A stretch of DNA of 64,000 nucleotides, from assembly GCA_963695345.1 (NCBI GenBank), contig OY968769.1, positions 2,368,001 to 2,432,000 on the forward strand, read 5' to 3'. Shown in pieces: positions 51,824 to 62,899 of the stretch (its first letter is position 1; every line of letters starts with the position of its first letter). The DNA comes from an uncultured Methanomassiliicoccales archaeon. Lineage in GTDB: Archaea; Thermoplasmatota; Thermoplasmata; Methanomassiliicoccales; UBA472. The notes beneath the pieces were generated by a model, which worked only from the letters and a program-made list of their open reading frames with translations, had not been told where the DNA came from and did not search any database. Position numbers and translations under genes: made by a program.

Positions 51824-52824
51824 GCCTGGTCCAACATCGGCCAGCACCGCCGCGGTGAACTCCTCGGTGGTGGCCTTGCCGCCGGCATCGGGCGTCCGCA
51901 CCCCGCTCCTCAAGGCGGAGACGACCGCGGCATCGACGCGCATCGCCTCATGCCTCAGGCCCAGGTCCTTCAGCATCATGCTGGCGGATAGCATCGCGGC
52001 GGTGGGATTGGCGATGCCCTTTCCGGCGATGTCCGGGGCAGAGCCGTGGGTGGGCTCATAGATATCGAAGGCATCGCCGTGATTCACGGAAGGCGCGAAA
52101 CCCAGACCGCCGACGATGGCCGCCGCCTCATCCGAAAGGATGTCTCCATACAGGTTCAGCGTGACCAGGCAGCCGAACTGCTGAGGCCTGGTGATCAGGG
52201 CAGCCGCCGCCGCATCGACCAGCAGGTCGTTCGCCTGCAGGTCCGATCCCGCCACCTCCTCGTAGAAGATGCGCTTGAACATACCATCCGACATCCTCAG
52301 GACGTTGGACTTGTGTACGCAGGTGATCCTGCCAACGCCCTCCCGATGGCAGTAGTTCCACGGCATAGCGCACCAATCGGCGGCACACCTTCTCCGACAC
52401 CCTGCGTTCCAGCGTGACCACTCCGTCCTTCATGTGTTCGATGCCGGTGTACATGCCCTCGGTGTTCTCGCGCACGATGACCGCGTTCAGGTCACCGACG
52501 CCAAGTTCCGGGAGCAGCCTTGCCACCGGTCTCACGTTGGCGTAGAGGTCGAAGTGCTTTCGGAGCCAGAGGATCGGCGAGCTATAGTTCTTTACGCTAG
52601 CGTCAGGCGACGTGATCGCCCCGAAAAGGCAGGCGTCCGCACCGTCCAGCGCGTTAACCGTTTCGTCTGGCAGATAGGACCCGGTCCTTCTGATGGCATT
52701 CCAGGCCCATCTCCGCGAAGGACAGGTCCAGCGGCGCCTTGACCGCGCCTAGCACCTCGATCGCCGACGCGACGACCTCCGGACCTATGCCGTCCCCGCC
52801 GATGACCACGACGTTCCAGCTCAT
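51820..52824 (-). CDS. Isocitrate/isopropylmalate dehydrogenase family protein (LeuB/AksF-like); several frameshifts
   Basis: GDGIGPE, RENTEG.Y, VHKSNVL..SDG, NLYGDILSD, EPTHGSAPDIAGKGIANP across frames. Confidence 0.88.
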
Positions 52825-53753
52825 TTCATTCGCTCAACGATACTGGCGACGATCAACGGAAGGGCTATCGTGGCATCGCCTTCGACGGTGATCTGGGCTG
52901 CCCCTTCCTTTACCTTTCCCCAGGAGACCGCTTCCCTGACCTGGGCACCGCTCAGCGAACCATCATACTCAAGGGCCGTGGTCAGATAGACGGCGTAGTC
53001 CAGCCCGCCCTTGAACTGGTTCCACCAGATCACATGGTGCTTGGATATGCCGCCGCCGACGATCAAGGCCCCGGTGTCGTCCGCATGGAATATGATGTCG
53101 GAGAGCTCCTGCTCATCGGCGAAGAGGTCGATCTTGAAATCACGGTGGGTCTGCCAATACATCCAGGCCTGGGACCCGAAGGAACCATCGGTGATGCCGG
53201 GTACGAAGATCGGGATATTGTTCTTGTGCGCCCAATAGAGCAACGATTCCTCGTTGTCCATGCGCTTGCCGACCTCATCGATCAGTTCCCGGGTGGAAAT
53301 CGAGTCCCGCCCTTCTAGAATCTCCTCGAACATGGGAATCAGCCTCTCCTCGAGGACCAGTCCGTAGCTCTCGTCCGGAACGAGGACGTTTCCGAGACGG
53401 TTCATACCTTCCCGCCTGAGCTCTGCGTCGTCCATCAGGAAATCGCCCTTGTAGTAATGCTTCCAGCTACGGGCCAGGTCGTGGTCGAGCGTACCGCAGG
53501 TGGTGATGATGACATCGACCAGCTTCCTTTTTACCAGCTCCACCAGGACGCCCCGGGTCCCCGTGGCCATGATGCAAGCCGGGAACGACAGGAAAGTGAC
53601 GCATTTCTCGTCCCTTACCATCTTCTCGATGATATCCGTGGCGTCGGCGAGCTTACGTCCGGTGAAACCGCCGGATTCGCCCATCTGGCGCATCAATTCG
53701 TCGACGGTCATTGGGCCTTCGATCTTGATGTCCTTGACCTTGATCTCTTCCAT
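52821..53753 (-). CDS. dys: Deoxyhypusine synthase
   Basis: GMNRLGNV, ITDGSFG, GGGISKHH, DGSLSGA..EAVSWGKV, GDATI. Confidence 0.95.
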   Translation of the reverse strand: MEEIKVKDIKIEGPMTVDELMRQMGESGGFTGRKLADATDIIEKMVRDEKCVTFLSFPACIMATGTRGVLVELVKRKLVDVIITTCGTLDHDLARSWKHYYKGDFLMDDAELRREGMNRLGNVLVPDESYGLVLEERLIPMFEEILEGRDSISTRELIDEVGKRMDNEESLLYWAHKNNIPIFVPGITDGSFGSQAWMYWQTHRDFKIDLFADEQELSDIIFHADDTGALIVGGGISKHHVIWWNQFKGGLDYAVYLTTALEYDGSLSGAQVREAVSWGKVKEGAAQITVEGDATIALPLIVASIVERMK

Positions 53754-53979
53754 TGTTCCACTACCAGGTCATCTGAAGGACTGCTCCTAGAAAAAAGTTC
53801 CTCACCCTCTTCGGGGAGATATCAATGGTCCGCCGATAACATCTCGCAACCGAAGCATCCGTGCCTAGGATCTGATGCCGACTCCGATGGATACAAATCA
53901 TGAATGACCACAGCGACATCAATGTGCAGTAAACGGACGGTCGGGGCATAACCCTATAAGCCAGTATCAAATTGGCCTA

Positions 53980-54912
53980 GTGTTGACAAACAGAAAGGTC
54001 CGCGTGGCGAGATATTCCATCTACAGCAATTCAGGCTTGGTCGGGCTGAAGCTGCTCACCGGGGTGTCGATCGGTTCGATCTCGGTCATCTCCGAAGGGA
54101 TACACTCGATGATCGACCTGGTGGCGGCGGTCATCGCCAACTACTCGGTCAAGAAATCCGGTCAACCAGCGGACAAGGAACATCCCTACGGCCATGGCAA
54201 GTATGAGAACTATGCCGGGGTCATCGAGGCCATCCTGATACTGTTCGCCGCCGGCATAATCGTATACGAGGCGATGGGGAAACTGTTCGACCACACCGCC
54301 CCCGAGTTCTTGCTTGCCGGTATCGTGATAATGGGCATATCCGTGGTCGTCAACATGTATGTCTCCCACATGCTGCTGAAGGTCGGCCGGGAAGAGGATT
54401 CCATGGCGTTGGTCGCCGACGGGCTCCACCTAAGGACCGACGTCCTTACCTCCCTCGGTGTGTTCGTCGGACTGATCCTGATCCAGATCACCCAGATAGC
54501 CATATTGGACCCCATCGTCGCAATTCTGGTGGCATGCCTCATCGTCAAGGCCGCCTGGGACCTGACGAAGGAAGCGAGCAAGGGCCTTGTCGACCAGCAA
54601 TTGCCGCCCGAGGAGGAGGCGGTCATAAAGACGATAATGGCCAAACACTGCAGGATGTTCGTAGGATATCACGCGCTTCGGACCCGAAAGGCCGGGTCGG
54701 AGAGGTTCATAGACATGCACCTGGTGGTGAAGAAGGATATCAGTGTCCAGGAGGCGCATGCGGTCTGTGACACCCTGGAGAAGGAGATCGAGGCACGTTT
54801 GAGGAACACGAACGTTTTGATCCATATCGAACCGTGCGAATCGGAGGCATGCCCTCTCCTGCATGAGGAGCACTTCGTCGAGATCCAGATCCCGCCGGAC
54901 AAACGGTGCTAG
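53980..54912 (+). CDS. Cation diffusion facilitator (FieF-like)
   Basis: HSMID, PADKEHPYGHGK.E, HLRTD, C-terminal dimerisation domain IHIEP. Confidence 0.93.
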   Translation: MLTNRKVRVARYSIYSNSGLVGLKLLTGVSIGSISVISEGIHSMIDLVAAVIANYSVKKSGQPADKEHPYGHGKYENYAGVIEAILILFAAGIIVYEAMGKLFDHTAPEFLLAGIVIMGISVVVNMYVSHMLLKVGREEDSMALVADGLHLRTDVLTSLGVFVGLILIQITQIAILDPIVAILVACLIVKAAWDLTKEASKGLVDQQLPPEEEAVIKTIMAKHCRMFVGYHALRTRKAGSERFIDMHLVVKKDISVQEAHAVCDTLEKEIEARLRNTNVLIHIEPCESEACPLLHEEHFVEIQIPPDKRC

Positions 54913-54914
54913 GA

Positions 54915-55520
54915 TCAATCAGGACCAAACTTCCGGTCCCAATCCTCCAGTATCTGAAGGAGCGATTCTTTGCCCTTCTCCATCGGGACGGAATTGTCGA
55001 TGACCTTCCAATCCCCCGTCGCCAATGACCGCAATTTTTCCCTGGCCTTCTTCAGATTGGCCGGGTCCTCGAACATCTCCTTCTTCTCGGCGCGCTTGGA
55101 GATCCTTTCATTGGCGATCGCCGGATCGATATCGATGAGCACCAGCCTCTCCGGCAGGGGAAGCAGTTTGGCGATGAACTCATAACCTATTGGGGCCAGC
55201 CGGTCTGGTAGATAAGCCGTCGCCAAAATATAGCGGACGAAGACGGCGGTGTCGTACCGGGTCATTTCTTTTTTCATCGCGCTCAGGGACATGAGCACGT
55301 CGCCGATGAAGAAAAACGTGGCCAGAGCGTGCATCGCCTTCCCGCTCGACTCCAATGCCCGGCGGGATATCCGGCCGAGCCGGCCCGATGAGGGATGGAC
55401 GTGGACGATGACCTTCTCCCCGCGCTCCCGATAGTGATCCGCGATGAGGCCCGCGTATGTCGATTTGCCTGACCCATCAATGCCCTCGACGATTATCCAT
55501 CTCAATTCAGACACCCGCAA
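54915..55520 (-). CDS. tmk: Thymidylate kinase-like protein
   Basis: IVEGIDGSGKST P-loop, VRY..TAY, RI..R...EMFE. Confidence 0.75.
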   Translation of the reverse strand: MRVSELRWIIVEGIDGSGKSTYAGLIADHYRERGEKVIVHVHPSSGRLGRISRRALESSGKAMHALATFFFIGDVLMSLSAMKKEMTRYDTAVFVRYILATAYLPDRLAPIGYEFIAKLLPLPERLVLIDIDPAIANERISKRAEKKEMFEDPANLKKAREKLRSLATGDWKVIDNSVPMEKGKESLLQILEDWDRKFGPD

Positions 55521-56226
55521 GCAATAGTATGGCTCCCACCGACAGTGGGATTATCAGGTTATCGAATTCACCGGGTGTAATCAATTCGACGATGGACACA
55601 TATCCTCCTATCAGCAGAGCGATCAGCAACGCCGTGGCCAGTGAGATTTCATGCACCGGGAACCATCCCAGGATGGAGATCGAGCCATAGAAAGCTATCA
55701 CCCCGAGTATGGCCACGGCGGTGAAAACGAAGACCGCTGACGATCCCTCGAGCGTTTTTTTCCCCAGAAGCTTCCTCTTCCCGTATCTCCTGCCGATGAG
55801 TCCCCCCATTCCATCCCCATAGGCCATGGCCACTATCGCGATGGAGGCGATCAGGCGATGATCGAACAATAGGAACGCGAGCATGGTCCATGAGATAGCA
55901 TAGTATACAAGCCCGAAGCGATGACCGTTCAAGGACGCTTCGGCCAGGGCGGAACGGATGGATCGTTTCCCGTTCATCCCCTCTTTGCGGCAGTCCCTCA
56001 GCGATGAGTACATCAGGATCGGTATGAAGGGAGCGGCCGCCAGGAAGGCCATCACGAACGGATCGTTGAAGATCCACCATATCAGCACGATATTGCCGAT
56101 CATGATGTGTATGAACTTCCGGTTCCAACCCCTATCGTTGAGGAATCTGGACCGGATGGCTATCGTGACGACTGTCCCTATGTACAGATAAACCAACAGT
56201 AGTCCAACTAGGTCCGACTGGTCCAA
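55507..56226 (-). CDS. Polyprenol/dolichol (phytol) kinase family membrane protein
   Basis: RKFIHI, G..YY, GDG..G.IG..YG, KTLEGS, DNLIIP. Confidence 0.85.
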   Translation of the reverse strand: MDQSDLVGLLLVYLYIGTVVTIAIRSRFLNDRGWNRKFIHIMIGNIVLIWWIFNDPFVMAFLAAAPFIPILMYSSLRDCRKEGMNGKRSIRSALAEASLNGHRFGLVYYAISWTMLAFLLFDHRLIASIAIVAMAYGDGMGGLIGRRYGKRKLLGKKTLEGSSAVFVFTAVAILGVIAFYGSISILGWFPVHEISLATALLIALLIGGYVSIVELITPGEFDNLIIPLSVGAILLLAGV

Positions 56227-56402
56227 ATTAACACTCCGCGCATAATGTCAGTAATAGTAGAATAGTATATTGGAAGACGATATATCGATAGCTCGCCATC
56301 CATGGCAGAACGGCCCATGACAAGGTGTGAGCTGGGAATCTTTCTAGATAAGCACCAAAAAGGGTTTAAATATAACATTTTACGATTTATCGAAAGACTG
56401 GC

Positions 56403-57083
56403 ATGAACGAGAAGGATATCAAACTGACAGCGCGTCTTAAGGAAAGCGTAGGGGATCCTTCGTTTACTGGCCCCATCCTTCTTGACGTCAAATCGACCCA
56501 GTTCGTCAGGGTCAACATGCTTCTCCTCAAAGCGCTTTCAAATGAGAACGGCAGATCCGGCATGTTCATTTCCGTAGACCGCCCGCACCAATACATGGTG
56601 CACCTGCTGACCATGCACCAGATCAATGTCCAGGGCCTAATATTCGTCGACGCCATCAGCCAGTTTTCCGCGGACTGCAAGGTCGCCCAGGCAAATGTAA
56701 GCTTCGTAGATGGACCATTCCATATCGACGACCTGCCCGGGGCGATAAAGGAGTGGACATTGCGGAGCAATGGCAATTCGATCGATCTCAAGGGATGCGC
56801 GTTCGCCATGATAGACAATCTGGCCGCGCTGCTCACCTACAATAGTTTCTCAGCTGTGGAATCGTTCCTTCACGATTTCGTGAACGTCCTCAGCATGAAT
56901 GGGAGGATCGCCATCCCCCTGGTAGTGGACAAAGAGAGGAACCAAGCCCTCTATGAAATGGCCAGATCCCTCTGCAAGAAAGAGGTAAACATCAACGAGA
57001 CGTCCACCGGGCTACCGGATGCCGAAATGGAGAGGCGCTCCAGGCGTATCAGCGACGTGAGTTTCACCGGGGTGAGCCAATAA
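56403..57083 (+). CDS. Inactive RecA/KaiC-like ATPase-fold protein
   Basis: FISVDRP, FVDAIS, IDNLAALLTYN; no Walker A; adjacent to the KaiC-like gene. Confidence 0.65.
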   Translation: MNEKDIKLTARLKESVGDPSFTGPILLDVKSTQFVRVNMLLLKALSNENGRSGMFISVDRPHQYMVHLLTMHQINVQGLIFVDAISQFSADCKVAQANVSFVDGPFHIDDLPGAIKEWTLRSNGNSIDLKGCAFAMIDNLAALLTYNSFSAVESFLHDFVNVLSMNGRIAIPLVVDKERNQALYEMARSLCKKEVNINETSTGLPDAEMERRSRRISDVSFTGVSQ

Positions 57084-57787
57084 TGGAAAAGGAATCAACT
57101 AAGAAGCGGCCTGACTTGATCCGGTTGACCAGCGGCATACCTGGTCTCGATGATATGATCGAGGGAGGATTTCCGTTCCCTTCAGTCATCCTTGTCGCCG
57201 GTCCAGCGGGGACTGGTAAGACCACATTCGCCCTGAAGTACCTGTGCGAGGGGGCCAAGAAAGGAGAGCAGGGTCTCTATTTCACCACCCTCAGCGAACC
57301 GACCCAATGGATGCTGCGTTATGCGTCCCAGTTCGATTTCATGGACCAGGGCTATTTCAACGATGAGATAGTCTACATGGACCTGGGAGCGATGATCAGG
57401 GACACGAAGCCGAGCGAGCTCATGTCGATCATCGAAGAGAAGATCGCCGAGGTCGTGCCCCAGCGTATCGTGATCGACCCGATCACCGTGATCGGCGGCA
57501 TGATGAAGGGAGACTACCGCCAGTTCCTTTTCGATCTGTCCAACCGCCTGAAGAACTGGAACGCCACCACCTTGGTCACCGGCGAGGTCAACCCGGGAGA
57601 GCTCTACCCGACCGAGATATCCTATGCAGTGGACGGGATCATCCTGCTTATGCTCTCGGAGGAGATGGGCGCCCGCCGCAAGTACCTTGAGGTCCTGAAG
57701 ATGAGGGGTACCAACCATCAGACCGGCAAGCAGTCGATCGACATCTCCCGCAGGGAAGGGATGGTCGTCCTCAAGGCAAGGTTCTGA
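57083..57787 (+). CDS. KaiC/RAD55-family single-domain ATPase
   Basis: SGIPGLDDMIEGG, GPAGTGKTT, IVID, VDGII, LEVLKMRGT.H. Confidence 0.92.
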   Translation: MEKESTKKRPDLIRLTSGIPGLDDMIEGGFPFPSVILVAGPAGTGKTTFALKYLCEGAKKGEQGLYFTTLSEPTQWMLRYASQFDFMDQGYFNDEIVYMDLGAMIRDTKPSELMSIIEEKIAEVVPQRIVIDPITVIGGMMKGDYRQFLFDLSNRLKNWNATTLVTGEVNPGELYPTEISYAVDGIILLMLSEEMGARRKYLEVLKMRGTNHQTGKQSIDISRREGMVVLKARF

Positions 57788-58088
57788 ACCGTTCGGCACC
57801 TAAAAACCATTTTTTCACATTTGCAGGGCCTTTGTCCTGCTTACGATTTCTCTTAAGAATCAGCTTTTTCGCACCACATTTTCGTTTTGAGTATTTTATG
57901 AATCAGAAAATGTCTCCATCGCATGCCATATCGGAAAAGTTGCTATTCTGATAGTAATATAGGACAGCCTAACAACGCACATTGCTTGGCACGTCATCCA
58001 GATTAAGCTTTTCGACCCTGATATCAGGATAAGCGATTTATATGCGAACCTTTATTATGCCGTAAACTCGCAAACGGGGGTTTAAACT

Positions 58089-60258
58089 ATGGATATGAAT
58101 TCATTGGTTTACGTTATACCAATTGCGGGCTTGGTTGGTCTGCTTACCGCGGGCATCCTATCTTGGCAGATATTCAAGAAGGACACCGGAACGCCTGAGA
58201 TGAAGGCGATCGGTGACGCTATACGCGAAGGAGCCATGGCTTATCTTGCTCGTCAATACAAGACGATAGCTATAATCAGCGTCATTCTTGGTGTCATCAT
58301 TGTCTTTGGCATCAACTGGCAGACTGGCATAGCTTTCCTGATGGGTGCCTTTTTCTCAGCCCTTTCGGGATACATCGGAATGTATGTGTCTGTGAACTCG
58401 AACATCAGGACCGCGAGCGCCGCGAGAAGGACGCTCGGAGAGGCCCTGCAAGTCTCCTTCCGTGGAGGAGCAGTCTCTGGATTGGCTGTCGTCTCGCTAT
58501 CCCTATTGGGTGTGGCCGGCATGTTCTTCCTGTTCCAGGGATACCTCGTGCCCGGTGACATTGTCACCGTCAACGGCATCACCTATGACAGGGGTATCGG
58601 AACTGCGCTCTTCATGGTCGTCGGATACGCGTTCGGTGCGTCCTTCGCCGCTCTCTTCGCCCAGCTGGGTGGAGGAATCTACACGAAGGCCGCCGATGTC
58701 GGTGCTGACCTGGTAGGAAAGGTCGAGGCCGGTATCCCGGAAGACTCGCCAAAGAACCCAGCCGTCATCGCTGACCTCGTCGGTGACAACGTCGGCGACT
58801 GCGCTGGTCGTGGCGCTGACCTGTTCGAATCGACCGCCGCCGAGAACATCGGTGCAATGATCCTCGGATTCTCAATATACGCTCTCACTGGCGACACTGG
58901 CTGGATACTGTTCCCGCTTATCGTCCGTGCGTTCGGTGTGTTCGCCGGTATTGTCGGTATCTTCACCGTCAAGTTGAGGAACGAGAACGAGGAGCCGATG
59001 AAGGCCCTCAACCGCGGATACTATATCGCATGCGTCATCGCAGCGGCATTGTTCGGGTACACGACATACGCCCTCTTGGGAACTGGATGGGGATACTTCT
59101 TCGCTTGCGGAGTCGTCGGTATCGTCCTGAGCATAGCCATCGTCTACATCACCCAGTACTACACTGCTGGTGAGTACCGCCCGGTCAGGGAGATCGCCAA
59201 GGCCTCCGAGACCGGCCCGGCAACGAACATCATCACCGGTATCTCGGTCGGTCTGGAGACCACCGCTGCGCCGGTCATCGCCATCGCAGTGTCATTGCTG
59301 ACCTCGTTCTACCTGGGCGGATTGGCCTGCACCCACTGCGGCAGAGACGTTCATCTACGGACTGTACGGAACGGCAGTGGCCACCATGGGTATGCTGGCA
59401 ACCTGCGCCTTCGTCCTGGCCGAGGACACGTTCGGCCCGATCACCGACAACGCCGGCGGCATCGTCGAGATGTCCGACCAGCCGAAGGAGATCAGGGACA
59501 GGACCGACAAGCTGGACGCTGTCGGCAACACCACCAAGGCCCTCACCAAGGGATACGCCATGGGATCCGCGGCACTGGCCGCCTATCTGCTGTTCGGCGC
59601 GTTCTTCGACAGGGTCCTGGAGATCCTGAACGCGAGCGGCAAATACGGTGTCCTGACCATCCAAGAAGTGTTCGTGGTCGACATCGCCAAACCACCAGTG
59701 TTCGTCGGTGCGCTCATCGGCGGCATGATGGTCTTCCTGTTCGCCTCGTTGGCCATCCGTGCGGTCGGTAAGGCCGCCGGTAACATGATCGACGAGGTCA
59801 GGAGGCAGTTCAAGGAGAACCCCAACATCCTGCTCGGCGACGACAAGCCAGACTACGCACGGTGCGTCGATATCTCGACCAAGGGCGCTTTGAAGGCCAT
59901 GATCCTTCCGAGTCTCCTGCCGGTCGTGGTCCCGGTCGCCTTCGGTCTGCTGATGCGGTTCGCCTACACTGGCGACTACACCATTCCGTACCAGGCGGTC
60001 GGCGCCATGCTGATGGTCGGTACCATCGTCGGTGTGCTGATGGCCCTCTTCCTGAACAACGGTGGAGGAGCTTGGGACAACGCCAAGAAATACGTCGAGT
60101 CGAAGGGTCTGAAGAAGACCCCGCAGCACGCTGCCGCCGTCGTCGGTGACACCGTCGGTGACCCGTTCAAGGACACCGCTGGACCGTCCCTGCACGTGCT
60201 GGTCAAGCTGCTCTCGACCATCACCTTGGTGTTCGCCTCGGTCATCGTCGTGGCGTAA
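58089..60258 (+). CDS. hppA: Membrane-integral ion-pumping pyrophosphatase (K+-independent signature); frameshift at about 59330-59350
   Basis: GGGIYTKAADVGADLVGKVE, DLVGDNVGD, FGPITDNAGG, GNTTKA, GGAWDNAKK, GDPFKDTAGP. Confidence 0.95.
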
Positions 60259-60385
60259 AAACCAGGAAAAACCCTTTTCCAATTCCTTTCCCTTTCTTTT
60301 TATCCAGCTTAGCCAAGTTCGACCTTCCAGGTTATCAATATTTATATAAGAGATACCTCATGCCTTGCTAGTTAAGGGTATACCA

Positions 60386-60952
60386 ATGTACATGTTGACG
60401 CAGAGAGAAAAGGTCGTTCGGATCCCTCCAGACAAGTTGGGCGACGATCTGAACAGTGTCGTCAATTCACTCGCGAGGGAGGCGTACGAAGGTCAGATAG
60501 AGGGTAATGACTCTCTCACCGTGCTCGTGAAGAACATCGAGCCGATAGGCCAAGGCCGTATCGTCCACGGTGACGGGGCTGTTTACCAGACCGTAAAGTA
60601 CGAGGCGATCATCTTCCGCCCCCAGCTCCAAGAGGTCATCGAAGGGACCGTGGTAGAGGTTCTGAAGTTCGGTGCCTTCGTGCGATTCGGACCTCTGGAC
60701 GGACTCCTGCACATCAGCCAGATCATGGACGACAGGATCGATGTGGATGACTCCGGTCAGAGACTGCTAGGCAAGGACACCAAGCGGGACCTGAAGGTCG
60801 GGGACATCGTCCGCGCCAGGATTGTCGCGCTATCGTTGAACGAGCGCAACCCGCGCGAGAGCAAGATCGGCCTCACCATGAGGCAGCCAGGACTGGGCAA
60901 GATCGAATGGATCGCCGAGGACCGGGCCAAGAAGGGAGGCGCCGCCCAATGA
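60386..60952 (+). CDS. rpoE1: DNA-directed RNA polymerase subunit E' (Rpo7)
   Basis: VRIPP, GDGAVY, FGAFVRFGPLDGLLHISQI, KIGLTMRQPGLGK.EW. Confidence 0.96.
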   Translation: MYMLTQREKVVRIPPDKLGDDLNSVVNSLAREAYEGQIEGNDSLTVLVKNIEPIGQGRIVHGDGAVYQTVKYEAIIFRPQLQEVIEGTVVEVLKFGAFVRFGPLDGLLHISQIMDDRIDVDDSGQRLLGKDTKRDLKVGDIVRARIVALSLNERNPRESKIGLTMRQPGLGKIEWIAEDRAKKGGAAQ

Positions 60953-61134
60953 AGATCCAGAAGGCGTGTAAACATTGCAGCTTCATAACTGAGGAGGACG
61001 TGTGCCCCCTCTGCGGAAACCCTACATCAAAGGACTGGCAGGGATATGTCATCATCATTGACCACAGCAAGTCCGAGATCGCAAAAAGGATGGGCATAAA
61101 TGTCAATGGTAAATTCGCCCTCAAGGTGCGATAA
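60949..61134 (+). CDS. spt4: Transcription elongation factor Spt4 (RpoE'')
   Basis: KACKHC..CPLCG..SKDWQG.VIII...SEIAK.MG. Confidence 0.95.
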   Translation: MKIQKACKHCSFITEEDVCPLCGNPTSKDWQGYVIIIDHSKSEIAKRMGINVNGKFALKVR

Positions 61135-61657
61135 ACTCAAGGTCCCCAGTAAAGGCTGGAAACTACCAGACAAGATGAGAAAGGACCTAGGAATGCCGCT
61201 CGGGGAGATGCTGTCGGAAAGCTCAGTCATAACGCAACTGCGCAATTGCGACAATGTCATATCCGTCGGCGATGTGGTTTCCCTTTCCTTGATCCAGAAT
61301 GGTTTGGTCCCTCACGTGACCATCTACGATTGCCAGACCGAGAGGTCGATGATGACGACCCTTGAAACAAAGATCGAAGATATCGCCGGGATCAAGGTGA
61401 CCGTGAGCAACCCTGCGGGAATGATCACCCTGCAGATGGTAAGGGAGATAGAAAAGGCCGTGAGCAACCCCTCACCCACCAAGATAAGGGTCGAGGGCGA
61501 GGAGGACCTTGCCGCACTGGTATGTGCTGCAGTGGCCCCATCCGGCTCCTGCCTGGTCTATGGCGTCCCAAAGAAGGGAATGGCGTTGGTGAGGATCACG
61601 CCAGAGATCAACAGCAAGGCTAAGGAAATCATCTACCAGATGGAGGAATCAATATGA
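61100..61657 (+). CDS. GTP-dependent dephospho-CoA kinase (DUF359 family); start uncertain
   Basis: VGDVVS, NPAG.I, VEGEEDL, YG.P..G; conserved position after spt4. Confidence 0.87.
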   Translation: MSMVNSPSRCDKLKVPSKGWKLPDKMRKDLGMPLGEMLSESSVITQLRNCDNVISVGDVVSLSLIQNGLVPHVTIYDCQTERSMMTTLETKIEDIAGIKVTVSNPAGMITLQMVREIEKAVSNPSPTKIRVEGEEDLAALVCAAVAPSGSCLVYGVPKKGMALVRITPEINSKAKEIIYQMEESI

Positions 61658-61992
61658 AGGTCGAGATTGACAGCAAGAAAGAGAACGTTCTCCACAAGAG
61701 GACAGAAGTAATATTCACCGCCGAGCATGGCGGCGAACCGACACCGAAGAGAAGCGACCTACGGGCCGGCATCGCCGACAAGTTGGGCGTAAACAAGGAC
61801 CGCGTCGTCATTGACCACACGAACAGCGAGTTCGGGATTGGCAGGTCGCACGGATACGCCAAGGTCTACGAGACCGGGGAACTGGCCAAGTCAAGCGAGA
61901 AGAACCACATCTTGGCGCGCCAGGGATTGGCCGAGAAGAAGCCGAAGAAAGTCAAGATGGTAAAGGCCAAGGCAGCGCCGAAGATCAAGTAA
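61654..61992 (+). CDS. rps24e: 30S ribosomal protein S24e
   Basis: KENVLHKRTE, PTPKR, FG.G.S.GYAKVY. Confidence 0.95.
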   Translation: MKVEIDSKKENVLHKRTEVIFTAEHGGEPTPKRSDLRAGIADKLGVNKDRVVIDHTNSEFGIGRSHGYAKVYETGELAKSSEKNHILARQGLAEKKPKKVKMVKAKAAPKIK

Positions 61993-62004
61993 GGAGGTCA
62001 TGAC

Positions 62005-62214
62005 ATGGCAGAGAAAGCAGCTGGAAAGGCACCAAAGGCCAAGCCCAAGGAAAAGAACAAGAAGGACCTCTACTCGGTCTCCAAGGACGGAAAGATCGAG
62101 CGCAAGAGGAAACACTGCCCGAAGTGCGGCCCAGGCGTGTTCCTCGGCGAGCACAAGGACCGTGTATCCTGCGGAAAATGCGGATACACCGAGTTCGCCA
62201 AGAAGTCTAAGTAA
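62005..62214 (+). CDS. rps27ae: 30S ribosomal protein S27ae
   Basis: [22 protein letters not shown]. Confidence 0.96.
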   Translation: MAEKAAGKAPKAKPKEKNKKDLYSVSKDGKIERKRKHCPKCGPGVFLGEHKDRVSCGKCGYTEFAKKSK

Positions 62215-62217
62215 ACC

Positions 62218-62658
62218 TCAATCAACCTTTTCCGACCGCGCCTTAAGGGCGCGGTCCATCTCTTCATATCCTTTTTTCGTCTTTCTGTCGAGCGTTCTCC
62301 TCAAGAACGGCACCAGGATCCCGCTGAATTCTTCCCGTTGGATAAAAGTCACTCCGGTGGACGTTGGAATTATTTCAAACGAATGGTCACCGGCGAACAT
62401 GTGCGGGATCGCAGCCCGTCCGAACCATCTTATCCCCTTCTCCTTTGAATATTCCAGGAGCCTGGCCTTGAATCTCTTGCTTATGAAGTAGTCAGGATTA
62501 ATGGAAACGGTGAGCCTAGAGCCTGTAGATATCCCTCCAGTAACTGATATGAGACAAGGATTCCAATCCGGATAACGATCGAAATCCTTCAGGATATCCC
62601 ATACTATCTGTTGATCGGCGGATATATCGATCGATGTACGAAGGACATGGGTTGGCAT
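62218..62658 (-). CDS. SRPBCC (polyketide cyclase/START) domain protein
   Basis: VW.IL.DF..YPDWNP, F.GDHSF, Q.E.FSG, ALKAR.E. Confidence 0.85.
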   Translation of the reverse strand: MPTHVLRTSIDISADQQIVWDILKDFDRYPDWNPCLISVTGGISTGSRLTVSINPDYFISKRFKARLLEYSKEKGIRWFGRAAIPHMFAGDHSFEIIPTSTGVTFIQREEFSGILVPFLRRTLDRKTKKGYEEMDRALKARSEKVD

Positions 62659-62786
62659 GATATCTCACGAATAGACTCACATCATCTTTTCTCTGATATT
62701 TACGTCCACTATACCACGAGGTTCGTGACATGTCTGTTACCAGTGGAGTAAACTATATTGACCCCATCTGCCATCGGTCGCCTAAC

Positions 62787-62883
62787 GGGCTCGTAGTGTA
62801 GCTTGGATATCACTGAGGCCTCCGACGTCCTTTCCAAAGGACAGGGAAAGCCTCGAACTCGGGTTCGAATCCCGACGGGCCCG
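62787..62883 (+). tRNA. tRNA-Arg(CCG) with a 23-nt intron at position 37/38 (about 62826-62848)
   Basis: Acceptor GGGCTCG/CGGGCCC+G, anticodon stem GAGGC/GCCTC, CT-CCG-A, intron hairpin GTCCTT/AAGGAC in a relaxed BHB, T-loop GGTTCGAATCC. Confidence 0.88.
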
Positions 62884-62899
62884 CTTCAATTATAGCCAG

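Noticed and set aside
39345-54912. TAG stops (csbD, DUF1328, PNPOx-like, VOC and CDF genes) as pyrrolysine read-through
   Set aside because: Each protein is already full length for its family at the TAG, so there is no evidence for an extension.
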